The translations under genes and the position numbers were made by a program. Positions 37,869 through 47,007 of a stretch of 64,000 bases of DNA are shown one piece after another. The notes under the pieces are model-generated. The model was given only the letters and a program-made list of their open reading frames with translations. It made no database searches and was not told where the DNA came from. Origin of the DNA: an uncultured Gammaproteobacteria bacterium (GTDB lineage: Bacteria; Pseudomonadota; Gammaproteobacteria; SG8-11); NCBI GenBank assembly GCA_964532385.1, contig CAZHHW010000001.1:27268-91267 (forward strand), read 5' to 3'. How positions within the stretch are numbered: position 1 is the stretch's first letter; each line of letters opens with the position of its first letter.

Positions 37869-38359
37869 AAGCTTGGTTTGCGGAACTGCAACCGCGCGAG
37901 CGGACGATGGTCATTGCCGGCGCGATCGCGTTGGGCATCCTGATTTTTTACGCCGCCATTTGGGATCCCTTGACCAGCGGCGCGAGCAACAAGGCGGCCG
38001 CGGTGGAAGAGCAGCAGAAATTGCTGCAATGGATGCAAAAATCGGCGGAAGACGTGAAGCGTCTGCGCCCGGCCGGCGCCGTCACCGCGCAATTACCGCC
38101 CGGGCAGAGTTTGCTGGGCGTGATCGACCAGACCTCGAAGGGCGCCAATCTGGGCGGAGCGGTCAAGCGCGTCAAACCCGAAGGTGAAAATAAAGTCAGC
38201 GTATGGCTGGAAGACGCGGGCTTCGACGACACCATGCAATGGCTCGAGAATTTGCATCGGACCTACGGCGTGGAAGTTGACAATATTGTGGTCGACCGGA
38301 AGAACAATCCCGGCAAGGTGGATGCGCGCATTGAGTTCACCGGTGGTGCGCATGCGTAA
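37865..38359 (+). CDS. gspM: Type II secretion protein GspM
   Basis: N-terminal TM helix, ~160 aa, ATGA overlap with gspL. Confidence 0.75.
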   Translation: MKAWFAELQPRERTMVIAGAIALGILIFYAAIWDPLTSGASNKAAAVEEQQKLLQWMQKSAEDVKRLRPAGAVTAQLPPGQSLLGVIDQTSKGANLGGAVKRVKPEGENKVSVWLEDAGFDDTMQWLENLHRTYGVEVDNIVVDRKNNPGKVDARIEFTGGAHA

Positions 38360-39155
38360 ATGGCAGATGGCCGCGCTGGGCGCGGGTCTATATCTGGTGT
38401 TTTTGATCGTGACGATTCCCGCGCCTCTGGCGTATGGCGTCGTCAAAAAGAAACTGGGCCCCGAAACGTCGCTTTTGCTGGGCAGCGTGTCCGGTACCTT
38501 GTGGTCGGGACGCGCCTCGCCGGCCCTGATCGGCGGCCAGCGCGTCGATTCGCTGACCTGGAAAATTCAGCCGCTCGCCTTGCTCATCGGCCGGGTTCAG
38601 TCTCAGATCGAATTCCGCTACGGCGACAGTTATGGAAAAGCGCAGGCGGCGCGCGGGTTCACCGGAAAAATTTACGCTAAAGACATCGAGGCGCGTATCG
38701 ATTTGCAACGCATGCGCTTGCTGTCGAAACTTTTACCACTGGGTATGGAAGGCTCGCTGTTAGTGAATATGAAGGAGCTCGATGTCGATCGCCGCTCGAT
38801 CGTCAGCGCGGAGGGTGTGCTGGCCTGGGATGCGGCGGTCATTACGGTGCCGTCGCGTACCGAATTCGGCAATCTGCGCGTAACCGTCACCACGGACAAC
38901 GACGGTGTGAAAGCGGCTCTCACCGATGGGGGCGGGCCTTTACAGGCGGAAGGTTTATTTAACGTAACGCGCGAGGGCAATTACAAATTCACCGGGGCGT
39001 TCGCCGCGCGCGATCCCAATCAACGCATGCTGGTGCAAGGTTTGCAAATGCTCGGCCGCCAAGGTGCCGACGGGAAAGTCAGTATTGCGGCCAACGGCGC
39101 CTTGGCGCAGCTGTTTGGTTATTTCGAAAAACCGGAAGCCGCGCCGGCCAAGTAG
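38352..39155 (+). CDS. gspN: Type II secretion protein GspN
   Basis: The 'MRKWQMAALGAGLYLVFLIV' start overlaps the gspM stop. The signal-anchor plus beta-rich periplasmic domain is typical of GspN. Confidence 0.65.
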   Translation: MRKWQMAALGAGLYLVFLIVTIPAPLAYGVVKKKLGPETSLLLGSVSGTLWSGRASPALIGGQRVDSLTWKIQPLALLIGRVQSQIEFRYGDSYGKAQAARGFTGKIYAKDIEARIDLQRMRLLSKLLPLGMEGSLLVNMKELDVDRRSIVSAEGVLAWDAAVITVPSRTEFGNLRVTVTTDNDGVKAALTDGGGPLQAEGLFNVTREGNYKFTGAFAARDPNQRMLVQGLQMLGRQGADGKVSIAANGALAQLFGYFEKPEAAPAK

Positions 39156-39168
39156 TTTGAATAAATTC

Positions 39169-39192
39169 TCTCCCGCCGCCGCGGCGGCGGGA
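39169..39192. terminator. Perfect 24-nt palindrome TCTCCCGCCGCC/GGCGGCGGGAGA between convergent genes (bidirectional terminator candidate)
   Basis: Read directly. Both flanks are AT-rich. Confidence 0.5.
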
Positions 39193-39203
39193 GAAGGTTA
39201 AAA

Positions 39204-39596
39204 CTAAAAGTTATGCGACACGATATTGGTGTTGCCGGCGATGGTGACCTGGGTATAAAGATTGGACAGCTTTAAGCGCGCATAGATTTCGTCGGTACCC
39301 AGATCTTCATTCAGCAGACCTTCGCCTACCGTGGCTTCGAATGCGATATTCTCGGAAGCGCTGGGCGTGCCGTCCGGAAAAAATTTTGCGCTTGGAATGG
39401 TGTACAGGAAATCATCCGCGCCCGTCAGTCCCGAGTCGTCGCCCCATAACTGACACACCAGTTTGAATTGAAGACCCTGTTTCATCTGCGCCATTTCAAA
39501 CGCGGTGAAATTGGCTTTGCAAGTGACCATGACTTTTGCCGACTTGGCGGTGTGATTGTGATTGATAGTCAAATTGCGGTGGGTGATCGTTGCCAT
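39204..39596 (-). CDS. Hypothetical cytoplasmic protein in a locally low-GC stretch
   Basis: No signal peptide and no recognisable motif. GC content is visibly lower than in the flanks. Confidence 0.4.
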   Translation of the reverse strand: MATITHRNLTINHNHTAKSAKVMVTCKANFTAFEMAQMKQGLQFKLVCQLWGDDSGLTGADDFLYTIPSAKFFPDGTPSASENIAFEATVGEGLLNEDLGTDEIYARLKLSNLYTQVTIAGNTNIVSHNF

Positions 39597-39835
39597 GAGA
39601 CGTTCTCCTGTGTTGAGTGAATGTTTTAAAACACATACCCTCTCGCTGAACGCATCATTGTCGATATGCGAAGAAATGTTTCAATACGTACTTTCCCGAT
39701 GGACGCACGCCGCCTGCACCAAGTAGGGCGCGTAATTCGCATCGGTCTGGATGCATCTATAAATTGTCTCGTCACGACCCCTAAATGCAAATACACAACC
39801 TGGCGCGGCATTGAGTTCTGGTAACGGCAGAAAAT

Positions 39836-40681
39836 ATGTCCGCAGATCAACTTCGCCGGAGTGCCTGGTGTGTGCTGGGATCGTCTTTGGCGTTTGCGCT
39901 GATGGCCGCTCAGGTCAAGCATCTTTCGAACAGTATGCCGATCGAAATGATGGTGTTCTTTCGCAATTTATTCGGCTTGCTTGCGCTCACTCCGTTGCTA
40001 TTGCACAGCGGCATGTCATTGCGAACCGGGAATCTGCGCTGGCATTTTAGCCGCGCTTTGTTCGGTTTGAGCGCGATGTATTGTTTCTTTTATGCATTGG
40101 GCAAGTTGCCGCTCGCCGATGCCGTGCTGCTCACCTATACCGCCCCCATCTTTACGCCGCTGATTGCGTTGCTGTGGCTGCATGAGCGCGTCCCGGTCAA
40201 TGTTCGCTGGGCGATAGCCGTGGGGTTCGCAGGCATTCTGTTAATTCTCAAGCCCGGGCACGATTTGTTTACTCCCGTCACCTTAGTGGGTGTGGCATCG
40301 GGTTTTTTCGCCGCCTTCGCGATGACCTCGATCCGGCGTATGGCGCAAACCGAACCCGCGCTGCGGATTGTGTTTTATTTTGCCGCGCTGGCCACGGCAG
40401 TGTCGGCGCTGCCGTTGTTGTGGGTTTGGCACAAGGTGGCATGGGCCGATCTTGTGCCGCTCGCCGGGTTGGGTGTGCTTGCCAGCATCGGCCAGTTATT
40501 TTTAACCAAAGCCTATACGCTCGCTCCGGCGGCGCGCGTGGGCGCATTGACCTATGCAACGGTGGTGTTTGCAGCGCTGCTGGGCTGGATGTTCTGGGGC
40601 GAGACGCTCGACGGATTTTCATTCGCCGGCGCGTTGCTGGCCGCTGCCGGTGGCGCTATGGCGATACGGCGGTTTTTTTAG
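39836..40681 (+). CDS. DMT-superfamily (EamA-like) transporter
   Basis: Ten TM helices with twofold EamA-like repeats. Confidence 0.7.
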   Translation: MSADQLRRSAWCVLGSSLAFALMAAQVKHLSNSMPIEMMVFFRNLFGLLALTPLLLHSGMSLRTGNLRWHFSRALFGLSAMYCFFYALGKLPLADAVLLTYTAPIFTPLIALLWLHERVPVNVRWAIAVGFAGILLILKPGHDLFTPVTLVGVASGFFAAFAMTSIRRMAQTEPALRIVFYFAALATAVSALPLLWVWHKVAWADLVPLAGLGVLASIGQLFLTKAYTLAPAARVGALTYATVVFAALLGWMFWGETLDGFSFAGALLAAAGGAMAIRRFF

Positions 40682-41463
40682 GCCGCCGGTGGTGCGGGAC
40701 GGGTGCTTAAATACAGCAGCGAGCACAAGGTCATGCACAAGCGCGTGTATATGGTGTAGGTGGTCAGCGCCGACACCGCAAACAGGACCATCGGTATGGC
40801 CAATACGATCAGGATGTGTTCGCCGATATTGCCGCCACCCCGAGCGTAACTGGTGAGCGCGACACCCAGGAAGATCATGGAGGCGGAAACCGCGCGGCTG
40901 GTGCGCCACAGGCGGAGTTGTTCCTGCAATTGTTCCAGGCTTGCGCCGGGCGCATTGAAAAAGAGATAGGTGCAAATGAAGGAATGCAGGCGGTTATAGC
41001 GTCCGCGCTGTGCCAGCCAGCGCCCCGGTTTCCACCAGGACAACGGTGAATCATTAACGAATTGCTGGTAGTCGTCATCCAGCAGGTCGTGGTGAGTTCG
41101 CATCAAGTCACCGATCCAGGCGTAGTCCTTGCGTGCGAGCCAGCGTCTGAAGGCGAGGATTTCAAATACGGTGAAAAGCAACGGCGCGGTCAAATCCAGC
41201 AGCAAACCGGTGCAGAAAATCAGGATCACCGACAGCGTCGCGATGATGGTGCTGAGCACCGGTTCCAGCAGCTTGTTGTCCGCAAACGGCGCGGTGACGC
41301 TGGCGAAGCGCTCCGCCCAGTGTTGCCAAAGTGAAATGACCTGTGGAAAGGTAATGTCAAGATTGGCTATTTGCAACGTCAGCAGCGTTGCAAAAATAAA
41401 CAGATTAAGCAGCAACACGCTGCCGGTAACGCCATAGTCCGTGAGCAGAGCAAACGGCTTCAT
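40678..41463 (-). CDS. Hypothetical polytopic membrane protein
   Basis: The start is set at 'MKPFALLTDYG', whose ATG overlaps the stop of the upstream small ORF (ATGA). The tracked 5' extension is R/G-rich and judged to be non-coding. Confidence 0.45.
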   Translation of the reverse strand: MKPFALLTDYGVTGSVLLLNLFIFATLLTLQIANLDITFPQVISLWQHWAERFASVTAPFADNKLLEPVLSTIIATLSVILIFCTGLLLDLTAPLLFTVFEILAFRRWLARKDYAWIGDLMRTHHDLLDDDYQQFVNDSPLSWWKPGRWLAQRGRYNRLHSFICTYLFFNAPGASLEQLQEQLRLWRTSRAVSASMIFLGVALTSYARGGGNIGEHILIVLAIPMVLFAVSALTTYTIYTRLCMTLCSLLYLSTRPAPPAA

Positions 41464-41735
41464 CGTGCGGAGGGCCGCCGCATCCACCATATCGACACGC
41501 CGCCGGCGATGCAGCCGATGATGTTGCCCAGGCCCGGCAACACGGTGCCCAGGGCCGCGCCGCCCAAACAGCCTGCGCTGGCGTCGATCCAGGTATGCGT
41601 CTCGGCTTTTTGCGCTTCTCCCACAGGCAGCAGCGCCACCGCTGTGGGGTTGGGTGAATTGTCCATGGCCATAACGGCCGGGCTGCTGAGTAAGCAGCAC
41701 ATCAGAAAACAGGTATTTGCAGTCGCGGTATGCAT
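41460..41735 (-). CDS. Small exported glycine-zipper protein (91 aa precursor)
   Basis: The Shine-Dalgarno GAGGGAG lies 7 nt before ATG 'MHTATANTCFLMCCLLSSPAVMA|MD', which has a Sec signal with an AxA cleavage site. The mature part 'SAGCLGGAALGTVLPGLGNIIGCIAGGVSIW' is a GxxxG zipper. Third codon positions are GC-biased. Confidence 0.45.
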   Translation of the reverse strand: MHTATANTCFLMCCLLSSPAVMAMDNSPNPTAVALLPVGEAQKAETHTWIDASAGCLGGAALGTVLPGLGNIIGCIAGGVSIWWMRRPSAR

Positions 41736-41908
41736 GAGCTGACTCCCTCGGGTGACAGGCATTTACGGCGACAGCAGGTTCGCCGGTTTTTTAGATGTAG
41801 GTATTATAGCTGGTGAGTGCGCGGGCGAGAGTGGTCGAATCAGTGCTGCGCGCGGTGCGATATTCACCTTTGCCCGGGTGCCGCGCGTTTGAGCGTAGAA
41901 TCCTGCCG

Positions 41909-42931
41909 ATGAAAACCCAGCCAACCTCCTTGACGCTGAACCTGGTGATCCCCGTGCTGTGTAATCCCGGGCTCGACGACGCGAGCGCAACGCAGCTTCC
42001 TGCCGCGGCGCCGGCGCTGGAGTTATTGTTAACGCGCGCGCAGCGCAGCGCGGCCGCGGCCGATCTGGATACGCTGCTGTGTCATTTGTTTGATGTCACG
42101 CTGCGGCCCGATGCCGACGTGCCCATCGCGCCCATCACCTGCATGATGGATTGCGGCGAAGCGCCGCAGGGTTATTGCCTGCGCGCGGACCCGGTGCATG
42201 CGGTGGCCGACCGCGATGTGTTGCGCGTGATGGAGCCCGGCGCATTACCGGTTTCGCTTGCCGAAGCGCAGGAGCTGGTCACGACATTAAATACCCACTT
42301 CGCGCAGGATGGCTTGCAGTTTATCGCGCCTCACCCCAACCGCTGGTATTTGATACTGCCGGCCGATCCGTCCCTGCGCACCCATCCGCTGGCGCACATT
42401 GCGGGCGCATCGCTACACGACTATTTGCCGTTCGGTGAACACGGCAAGCGCTGGCATGGCATTCTCAATGAGATTCAAATGCTGCTGCACGACCATCCGG
42501 TCAACACGGCGCGCGAGGCGCGCGGCGAACCGCCGGTCAACAGCGTATGGTTTTGGGGCGGTGGTTACCTGCCGCCGCTTGCGCAAAAAAAATGGACCCA
42601 GGTGTGGAGCGATGCGATCGTGACACAAGGCTTAGCCAAGTTGTCGCAGGTGCCCAGCGTCAGCGTGCCCGGCAATGCCCAGCGCTGGCTGAATGCCGCG
42701 TCTGCGTCCGGAGATCATCTGCTGCTGCTGCCCGCCGTAACCTGCGCGGGTTTGGCAGCGCTGGATGCCCACTGGTTTGCGCCTTTGTATGACGCGTTAA
42801 AAAGCCGGCGCTTACAACGTCTGACGCTGCATCTTTTGAAGGGGGCAGCTTATCGTATTGATGCGGCGGCGCTTAGGCGCTGGTGGGTGCGGCGCCGGCC
42901 GCTTGCCGAGTTTTGCGCTGCGCTGTTGTGA
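41909..42931 (+). CDS. Hypothetical protein upstream of recJ, possibly a metalloenzyme/ApgM-like fold
   Basis: 'NSVWFWGGG' resembles a motif of cofactor-independent phosphoglycerate-mutase-like proteins. The start is taken at the internal Met 'MKTQPTSL'. This is a weak call. Confidence 0.35.
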   Translation: MKTQPTSLTLNLVIPVLCNPGLDDASATQLPAAAPALELLLTRAQRSAAAADLDTLLCHLFDVTLRPDADVPIAPITCMMDCGEAPQGYCLRADPVHAVADRDVLRVMEPGALPVSLAEAQELVTTLNTHFAQDGLQFIAPHPNRWYLILPADPSLRTHPLAHIAGASLHDYLPFGEHGKRWHGILNEIQMLLHDHPVNTAREARGEPPVNSVWFWGGGYLPPLAQKKWTQVWSDAIVTQGLAKLSQVPSVSVPGNAQRWLNAASASGDHLLLLPAVTCAGLAALDAHWFAPLYDALKSRRLQRLTLHLLKGAAYRIDAAALRRWWVRRRPLAEFCAALL

Positions 42932-42981
42932 ATGTCGAGACCAGAAATAAACATTAATCGCTTGTAAACAGGAGTCTTGTA

Positions 42982-44766
42982 GTGACAATTAATATCCACC
43001 GCCGCCTCCCCGTTGCGCATCAGTTGCCCGGCGACTTGCATCCGGTGCTGGCGCGCATCTACGCCGCGCGCAGTGTGACCGCGCCTGCGCATCTGGAGCA
43101 CGCGCTCGAACATCTTTTGCCGTATCACGGGTTGATGGGAATCGAGCAGGCGGCAATTCTGCTGGCCGAAGCCGTCATGGCCCAACAGCGGATTCTGATT
43201 CTCGGCGACTTCGACGCCGACGGCGCCACCAGTTGCGCGTTGGCGGTGCGTGCGTTGCGCCTGCTGGGTGCGGGCCAGGTCGACTATCTGGTGCCCAACC
43301 GTTTTGAATATGGTTATGGCCTGACCCCTGAGATCGTGGCGGTCGCCGCGCAGCGTCAACCCAGCTTGCTGATTACGGTCGACAATGGCATTTCCAGCGT
43401 GGAAGGCGTGCGCGCCGCGAAAGCCGCCGGCATGCGCGTGGTGGTGACCGATCACCATTTGCCGGGAGAGCAATTACCCGCTGCCGATGCCATCGTGAAT
43501 CCCAATCAGCGCGGCGATAGCTTTGCGAGTAAAAATCTCGCCGGGGTGGGGGTGATTTTCTACGTGATGCTGGCGCTGCGGGCGCAACTGCGGGAACGCG
43601 GCTGGTTCGCGCGACCGCCGGGGATGGCGGCAGGGCAGGAAACGCAGGAGCAGCAGTTTTCCCGTCAGTGCAAGCGGGACGAACCCAATCTTGCCCGCCT
43701 GCTCGATTTGGTAACACTCGGCACCGTCGCCGATGTGGTGCCGCTGGATTACAACAACCGCATTCTGGTTCAGCAAGGTCTGGCACGTTTGCGCCAGGGA
43801 CAATGCTGCGCCGGAATTCGCGCCTTGCTGCAAGTGAGTCAGCGCCACTGCGCACGTGTGGTGGCCGCCGATCTTGCGTTTGCGGTGGCTCCGCGTCTCA
43901 ATGCCGCCGGGCGGCTGGAGGACATGTCGCTGGGCATCGAATGCCTGCTCACCGACGATGAAGATCATGCCTTGGCACTTGCACAACGCCTCGACGAACT
44001 CAATCGCGACCGCCGCGAAATCGAAACGCAAATGAAGGATCAGGCGTTGACGGCATTAAGCAGTTTGCAATTGCATGAAGACAACCGCGACATGCCGGTG
44101 GGGTTGTGCCTGTTCGATCCGCAATGGCATCAAGGCGTCATCGGGTTGCTGGCCGCGCGCGTGAAAGAAAAATTTCATCGCCCGGTGATCGCATTCGCGC
44201 CGTCGAGCCATGATGAGATCAAAGGCTCGGCGCGTTCGGTGGGCGGCTTACATATCCGCGATGCCTTGGACGCAGTGGCTGCCCGCCATCCCGGCCTGGT
44301 GCAAAAATTCGGCGGGCATGCGATGGCGGCGGGTCTTACGCTGCGCCGCGCGGATTATGAAGCGTTCAGCCGCGCGTTCGACCTCGAAGTGCGCCGTCAT
44401 TTACAGCCCGCTGATCTGCACGGCGTGATTCACAGTGACGGCGAACTGCATCCCGATGATATGAATCTCGACCTGGCACATCTGTTGCGCTATGCCGCGC
44501 CTTGGGGGCAGGCTTTTCCCGAGCCGATGTTCGATGGCTCTTTTGAGCTGGTACAGCACCGCGTGGTCGGCACGCGGCATTTAAAAATGGTCCTGCGCGC
44601 GCCGGGACAAAAACGTGTGATCGATGCCATTGCTTTCAACACCAGTGCGGCGGCCTGGCCGGACACCACGCGCAGCGTCAACGCCGCATATCGAATCGAT
44701 ATCAACGAATATCAAGGCAAGCAGAGCGTGCAGCTTATTGTCGAGCACGTGGAACCTGTGGTGTAG
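42982..44766 (+). CDS. recJ: Single-stranded-DNA-specific exonuclease RecJ
   Basis: DHH motifs 'GDFDADG' and 'DHH', together with the DHHA1 region, are present. Confidence 0.9.
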   Translation: MTINIHRRLPVAHQLPGDLHPVLARIYAARSVTAPAHLEHALEHLLPYHGLMGIEQAAILLAEAVMAQQRILILGDFDADGATSCALAVRALRLLGAGQVDYLVPNRFEYGYGLTPEIVAVAAQRQPSLLITVDNGISSVEGVRAAKAAGMRVVVTDHHLPGEQLPAADAIVNPNQRGDSFASKNLAGVGVIFYVMLALRAQLRERGWFARPPGMAAGQETQEQQFSRQCKRDEPNLARLLDLVTLGTVADVVPLDYNNRILVQQGLARLRQGQCCAGIRALLQVSQRHCARVVAADLAFAVAPRLNAAGRLEDMSLGIECLLTDDEDHALALAQRLDELNRDRREIETQMKDQALTALSSLQLHEDNRDMPVGLCLFDPQWHQGVIGLLAARVKEKFHRPVIAFAPSSHDEIKGSARSVGGLHIRDALDAVAARHPGLVQKFGGHAMAAGLTLRRADYEAFSRAFDLEVRRHLQPADLHGVIHSDGELHPDDMNLDLAHLLRYAAPWGQAFPEPMFDGSFELVQHRVVGTRHLKMVLRAPGQKRVIDAIAFNTSAAAWPDTTRSVNAAYRIDINEYQGKQSVQLIVEHVEPVV

Positions 44767-44782
44767 TTTCGCACCGAACGGA

Positions 44783-45244
44783 TCATTTTTTGACTTCGTC
44801 GACCCAGCGCGTTAGCCGGTTGATGCGGGGGATGCGTTGCAGCGTTAAAAAAACAATGACCGAACCCACCGCAACCAGAATCAAGTCCAGGGCCACGCCG
44901 CCGGTAAAGGTTTCAATCTTGGACTGGGCCAAGAAAATCAGCCCGAATGAGGCCATTACGCCGCCAAACCCGGCGCCGAGAATGTGAAAGGTAAAATCCA
45001 CCGTGGAGAGCTTCGGATGCGTAAAGTTTTTGAGCGCGACCGCATGGACCACGTTGTTATGCAATTCACCGCCGATCAATACCTCATCGCCCGCATTCGC
45101 GGCGGTGGATAAATCGCGATGCAGGCGCACCGCCATTTCGCCCACGCGGCAGACCACGCGGCCTCTTTCATCGGCTGGCTTTAGATCGGCGACGACACCG
45201 CGCACTAGTTTCAATTCCACATGAGCCTCCGTTAATTTAGTCAA
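44783..45244 (-). CDS. Hypothetical membrane protein (N-terminal beta domain plus two TM helices)
   Basis: Judged from composition only. Confidence 0.4.
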   Translation of the reverse strand: MTKLTEAHVELKLVRGVVADLKPADERGRVVCRVGEMAVRLHRDLSTAANAGDEVLIGGELHNNVVHAVALKNFTHPKLSTVDFTFHILGAGFGGVMASFGLIFLAQSKIETFTGGVALDLILVAVGSVIVFLTLQRIPRINRLTRWVDEVKK

Positions 45245-45445
45245 AACATATTTCCAACATCTTGGTATTCCGGGTGAGTTTTCGATGAGCTATTGATGAA
45301 GCGCCGATACTAACCGGTATTGGCAAAGTCACCGGGCATAAATCGTCTAAACAATGATCATGTCGCGCTTGTAACTTCACATATAATGTTAAGGCGTGGT
45401 TAAACGAAACATCTCAAACTGCCTGCTTTTAGATCATGGATAGGT

Positions 45446-46594
45446 ATGGAAAAGGATTTCTACTCCCATAGTCGTGCGATAAATCCGCCCGAAATTCGAG
45501 CAGTTCACACTCCAATTGGCAAAATCCCGGTACATTGCGTCACACCTTTTGAAAAAGAAGTAAGTGGCATGAAGAGTCAGTTAACTGTCATTGTCCCCGC
45601 GTATAACGAGGCCGACAGCATTGCTGATACGGTGCGTAGCATTCAGAACCAGACCCTGGCGCCGGACGAGATCATCGTGGTTGACGATGGCTCGACCGAC
45701 GGTACCGGCGAGGTGGCGCGAAAATGCGGGGTGACGGTGATTCGGCCGCCGCTCAACACAGGTTCGAAAGCCGGGGCGCAAAATTTCGCATTAAGGCAGG
45801 TGACCACCGAATTCACCATGGCGATCGACGCCGACACCATGCTGGCGCCCAACGCCATCGAGTTATTGATGGCATCGCTGGCCGTTCCCAATGTGGTGGC
45901 CGCGTGCGGATTCGTACTGCCGAGGTTTGTAAAAACCCTGTGGGAGCGGGGCCGCTACATTGAATATTTGCTGGCGTTCAGCTGGTACAAGCCGATTCAG
46001 GATTTTTACCAGAAGCCGCTGATTTCTTCGGGCTGTTTTTCCGCCTATCGAACTGGGGTGCTGAAATCGGTGGGGGGATGGAACACGCGCACCATGGCGG
46101 AAGACATGGATCTGACCTGGACCTTTTATCAAAAAGGACATGATGTGCGTTTTATTCCTAAAGCGCTGTGCTATCCGATTGAACCGCATAATTTTCATTT
46201 TATGGGTAAGCAACTGAAGCGCTGGTCGCATGGCTTCATCCAGAATGTTTCGCTGCATTGGCGTGCCAATTTGCATATCCCTTACCTGCGCGAAATTATT
46301 GCGGTGGCGCTGTGGGATGCCATTGTCGCCTCCGTAGTGTATTTAGTCGTGATTCCCATATTGGCTATTGTGCTCAATGAACCGCTGTTTTTATTGGCTT
46401 ATCTGATCGATCTACCCGCCATTGTGGTGCCGGTGCTTTTCACTTCCGAAGGGCGGCGCCATCCGTTGCGGGTGCTGGCAAGTTTGCCCGCGTTTTTCGT
46501 GCTGCGCACGGTAAATGGTTATTTTATTGTCAAGGCGATCTGGGAAGAGTGGGTTATGCGGCGGCGTTTGAATGTTTACGAGAAAGGACACTAA
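45446..46594 (+). CDS. Processive family-2 glycosyltransferase (PgaC/IcaA/NodC-like synthase) with C-terminal TM helices
   Basis: 'VIVPAYNE', 'VVDDGSTDGT', 'DADT' and the 'QLKRW' Q(Q/R)xRW motif are present. There are three to four C-terminal TM helices. An alternative start at 45569 (MKSQL) is possible. Confidence 0.75.
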   Translation: MEKDFYSHSRAINPPEIRAVHTPIGKIPVHCVTPFEKEVSGMKSQLTVIVPAYNEADSIADTVRSIQNQTLAPDEIIVVDDGSTDGTGEVARKCGVTVIRPPLNTGSKAGAQNFALRQVTTEFTMAIDADTMLAPNAIELLMASLAVPNVVAACGFVLPRFVKTLWERGRYIEYLLAFSWYKPIQDFYQKPLISSGCFSAYRTGVLKSVGGWNTRTMAEDMDLTWTFYQKGHDVRFIPKALCYPIEPHNFHFMGKQLKRWSHGFIQNVSLHWRANLHIPYLREIIAVALWDAIVASVVYLVVIPILAIVLNEPLFLLAYLIDLPAIVVPVLFTSEGRRHPLRVLASLPAFFVLRTVNGYFIVKAIWEEWVMRRRLNVYEKGH

Positions 46595-46596
46595 TT

Positions 46597-47007
46597 ATGA
46601 ACGCGGGATTACCAGGGACAGGAATTGGCGGAATTTTTTATCTCTTGTCGGCATTGCTGATGCCGCTCTTTGAAGTGGTGAACACACTGCGGGGCAGAAG
46701 TAGCTGGTCGCGCTGGGGTTTGCTTTTCAAGCAGCTCGCCATGGCGGGCGGAATCATCGCTGGAATGTGGGCACTGGGATTATTGCTGGGTTTGCTGCTG
46801 GACGCGCGTCCGGAGTACGAGTTCATGCGAGTTATTAACGGGCATATCACCGGACAACTCGATCAGATTATTGGACAGCTTGATATGGCGTCAAAAATCA
46901 ATGTCTTTCATATCGCTCCAGTTATCATGTCGATGGTGACCCTGATGGTTATCATTACCACCACCAATGTGCTGCGTATCTTTTATCGACCCACTGATTC
47001 TCAATAA
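46597..47007 (+). CDS. Small membrane protein (137 aa) directly after the GT2 gene. It is PgaD/IcaD-like by size and position only.
   Basis: The ATG lies 3 nt after the GT2 stop, with a GAAAGGA Shine-Dalgarno. Two to three TM helices. Confidence 0.45.
   Translation: MNAGLPGTGIGGIFYLLSALLMPLFEVVNTLRGRSSWSRWGLLFKQLAMAGGIIAGMWALGLLLGLLLDARPEYEFMRVINGHITGQLDQIIGQLDMASKINVFHIAPVIMSMVTLMVIITTTNVLRIFYRPTDSQ

Noticed and set aside
41463-41700. N-terminal 79-aa extension of the 40678 membrane protein
   Set aside because: The extension is Arg/Gly/His-rich with no hydrophobic character. The Met at 41463 overlaps the upstream stop (ATGA).
41371-41742. 123-aa + strand ORF opposite the small glycine-zipper gene
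   Set aside because: R/Q/K-rich nonsense composition. The minus-strand frame has a Shine-Dalgarno, a signal peptide and stop-start coupling.
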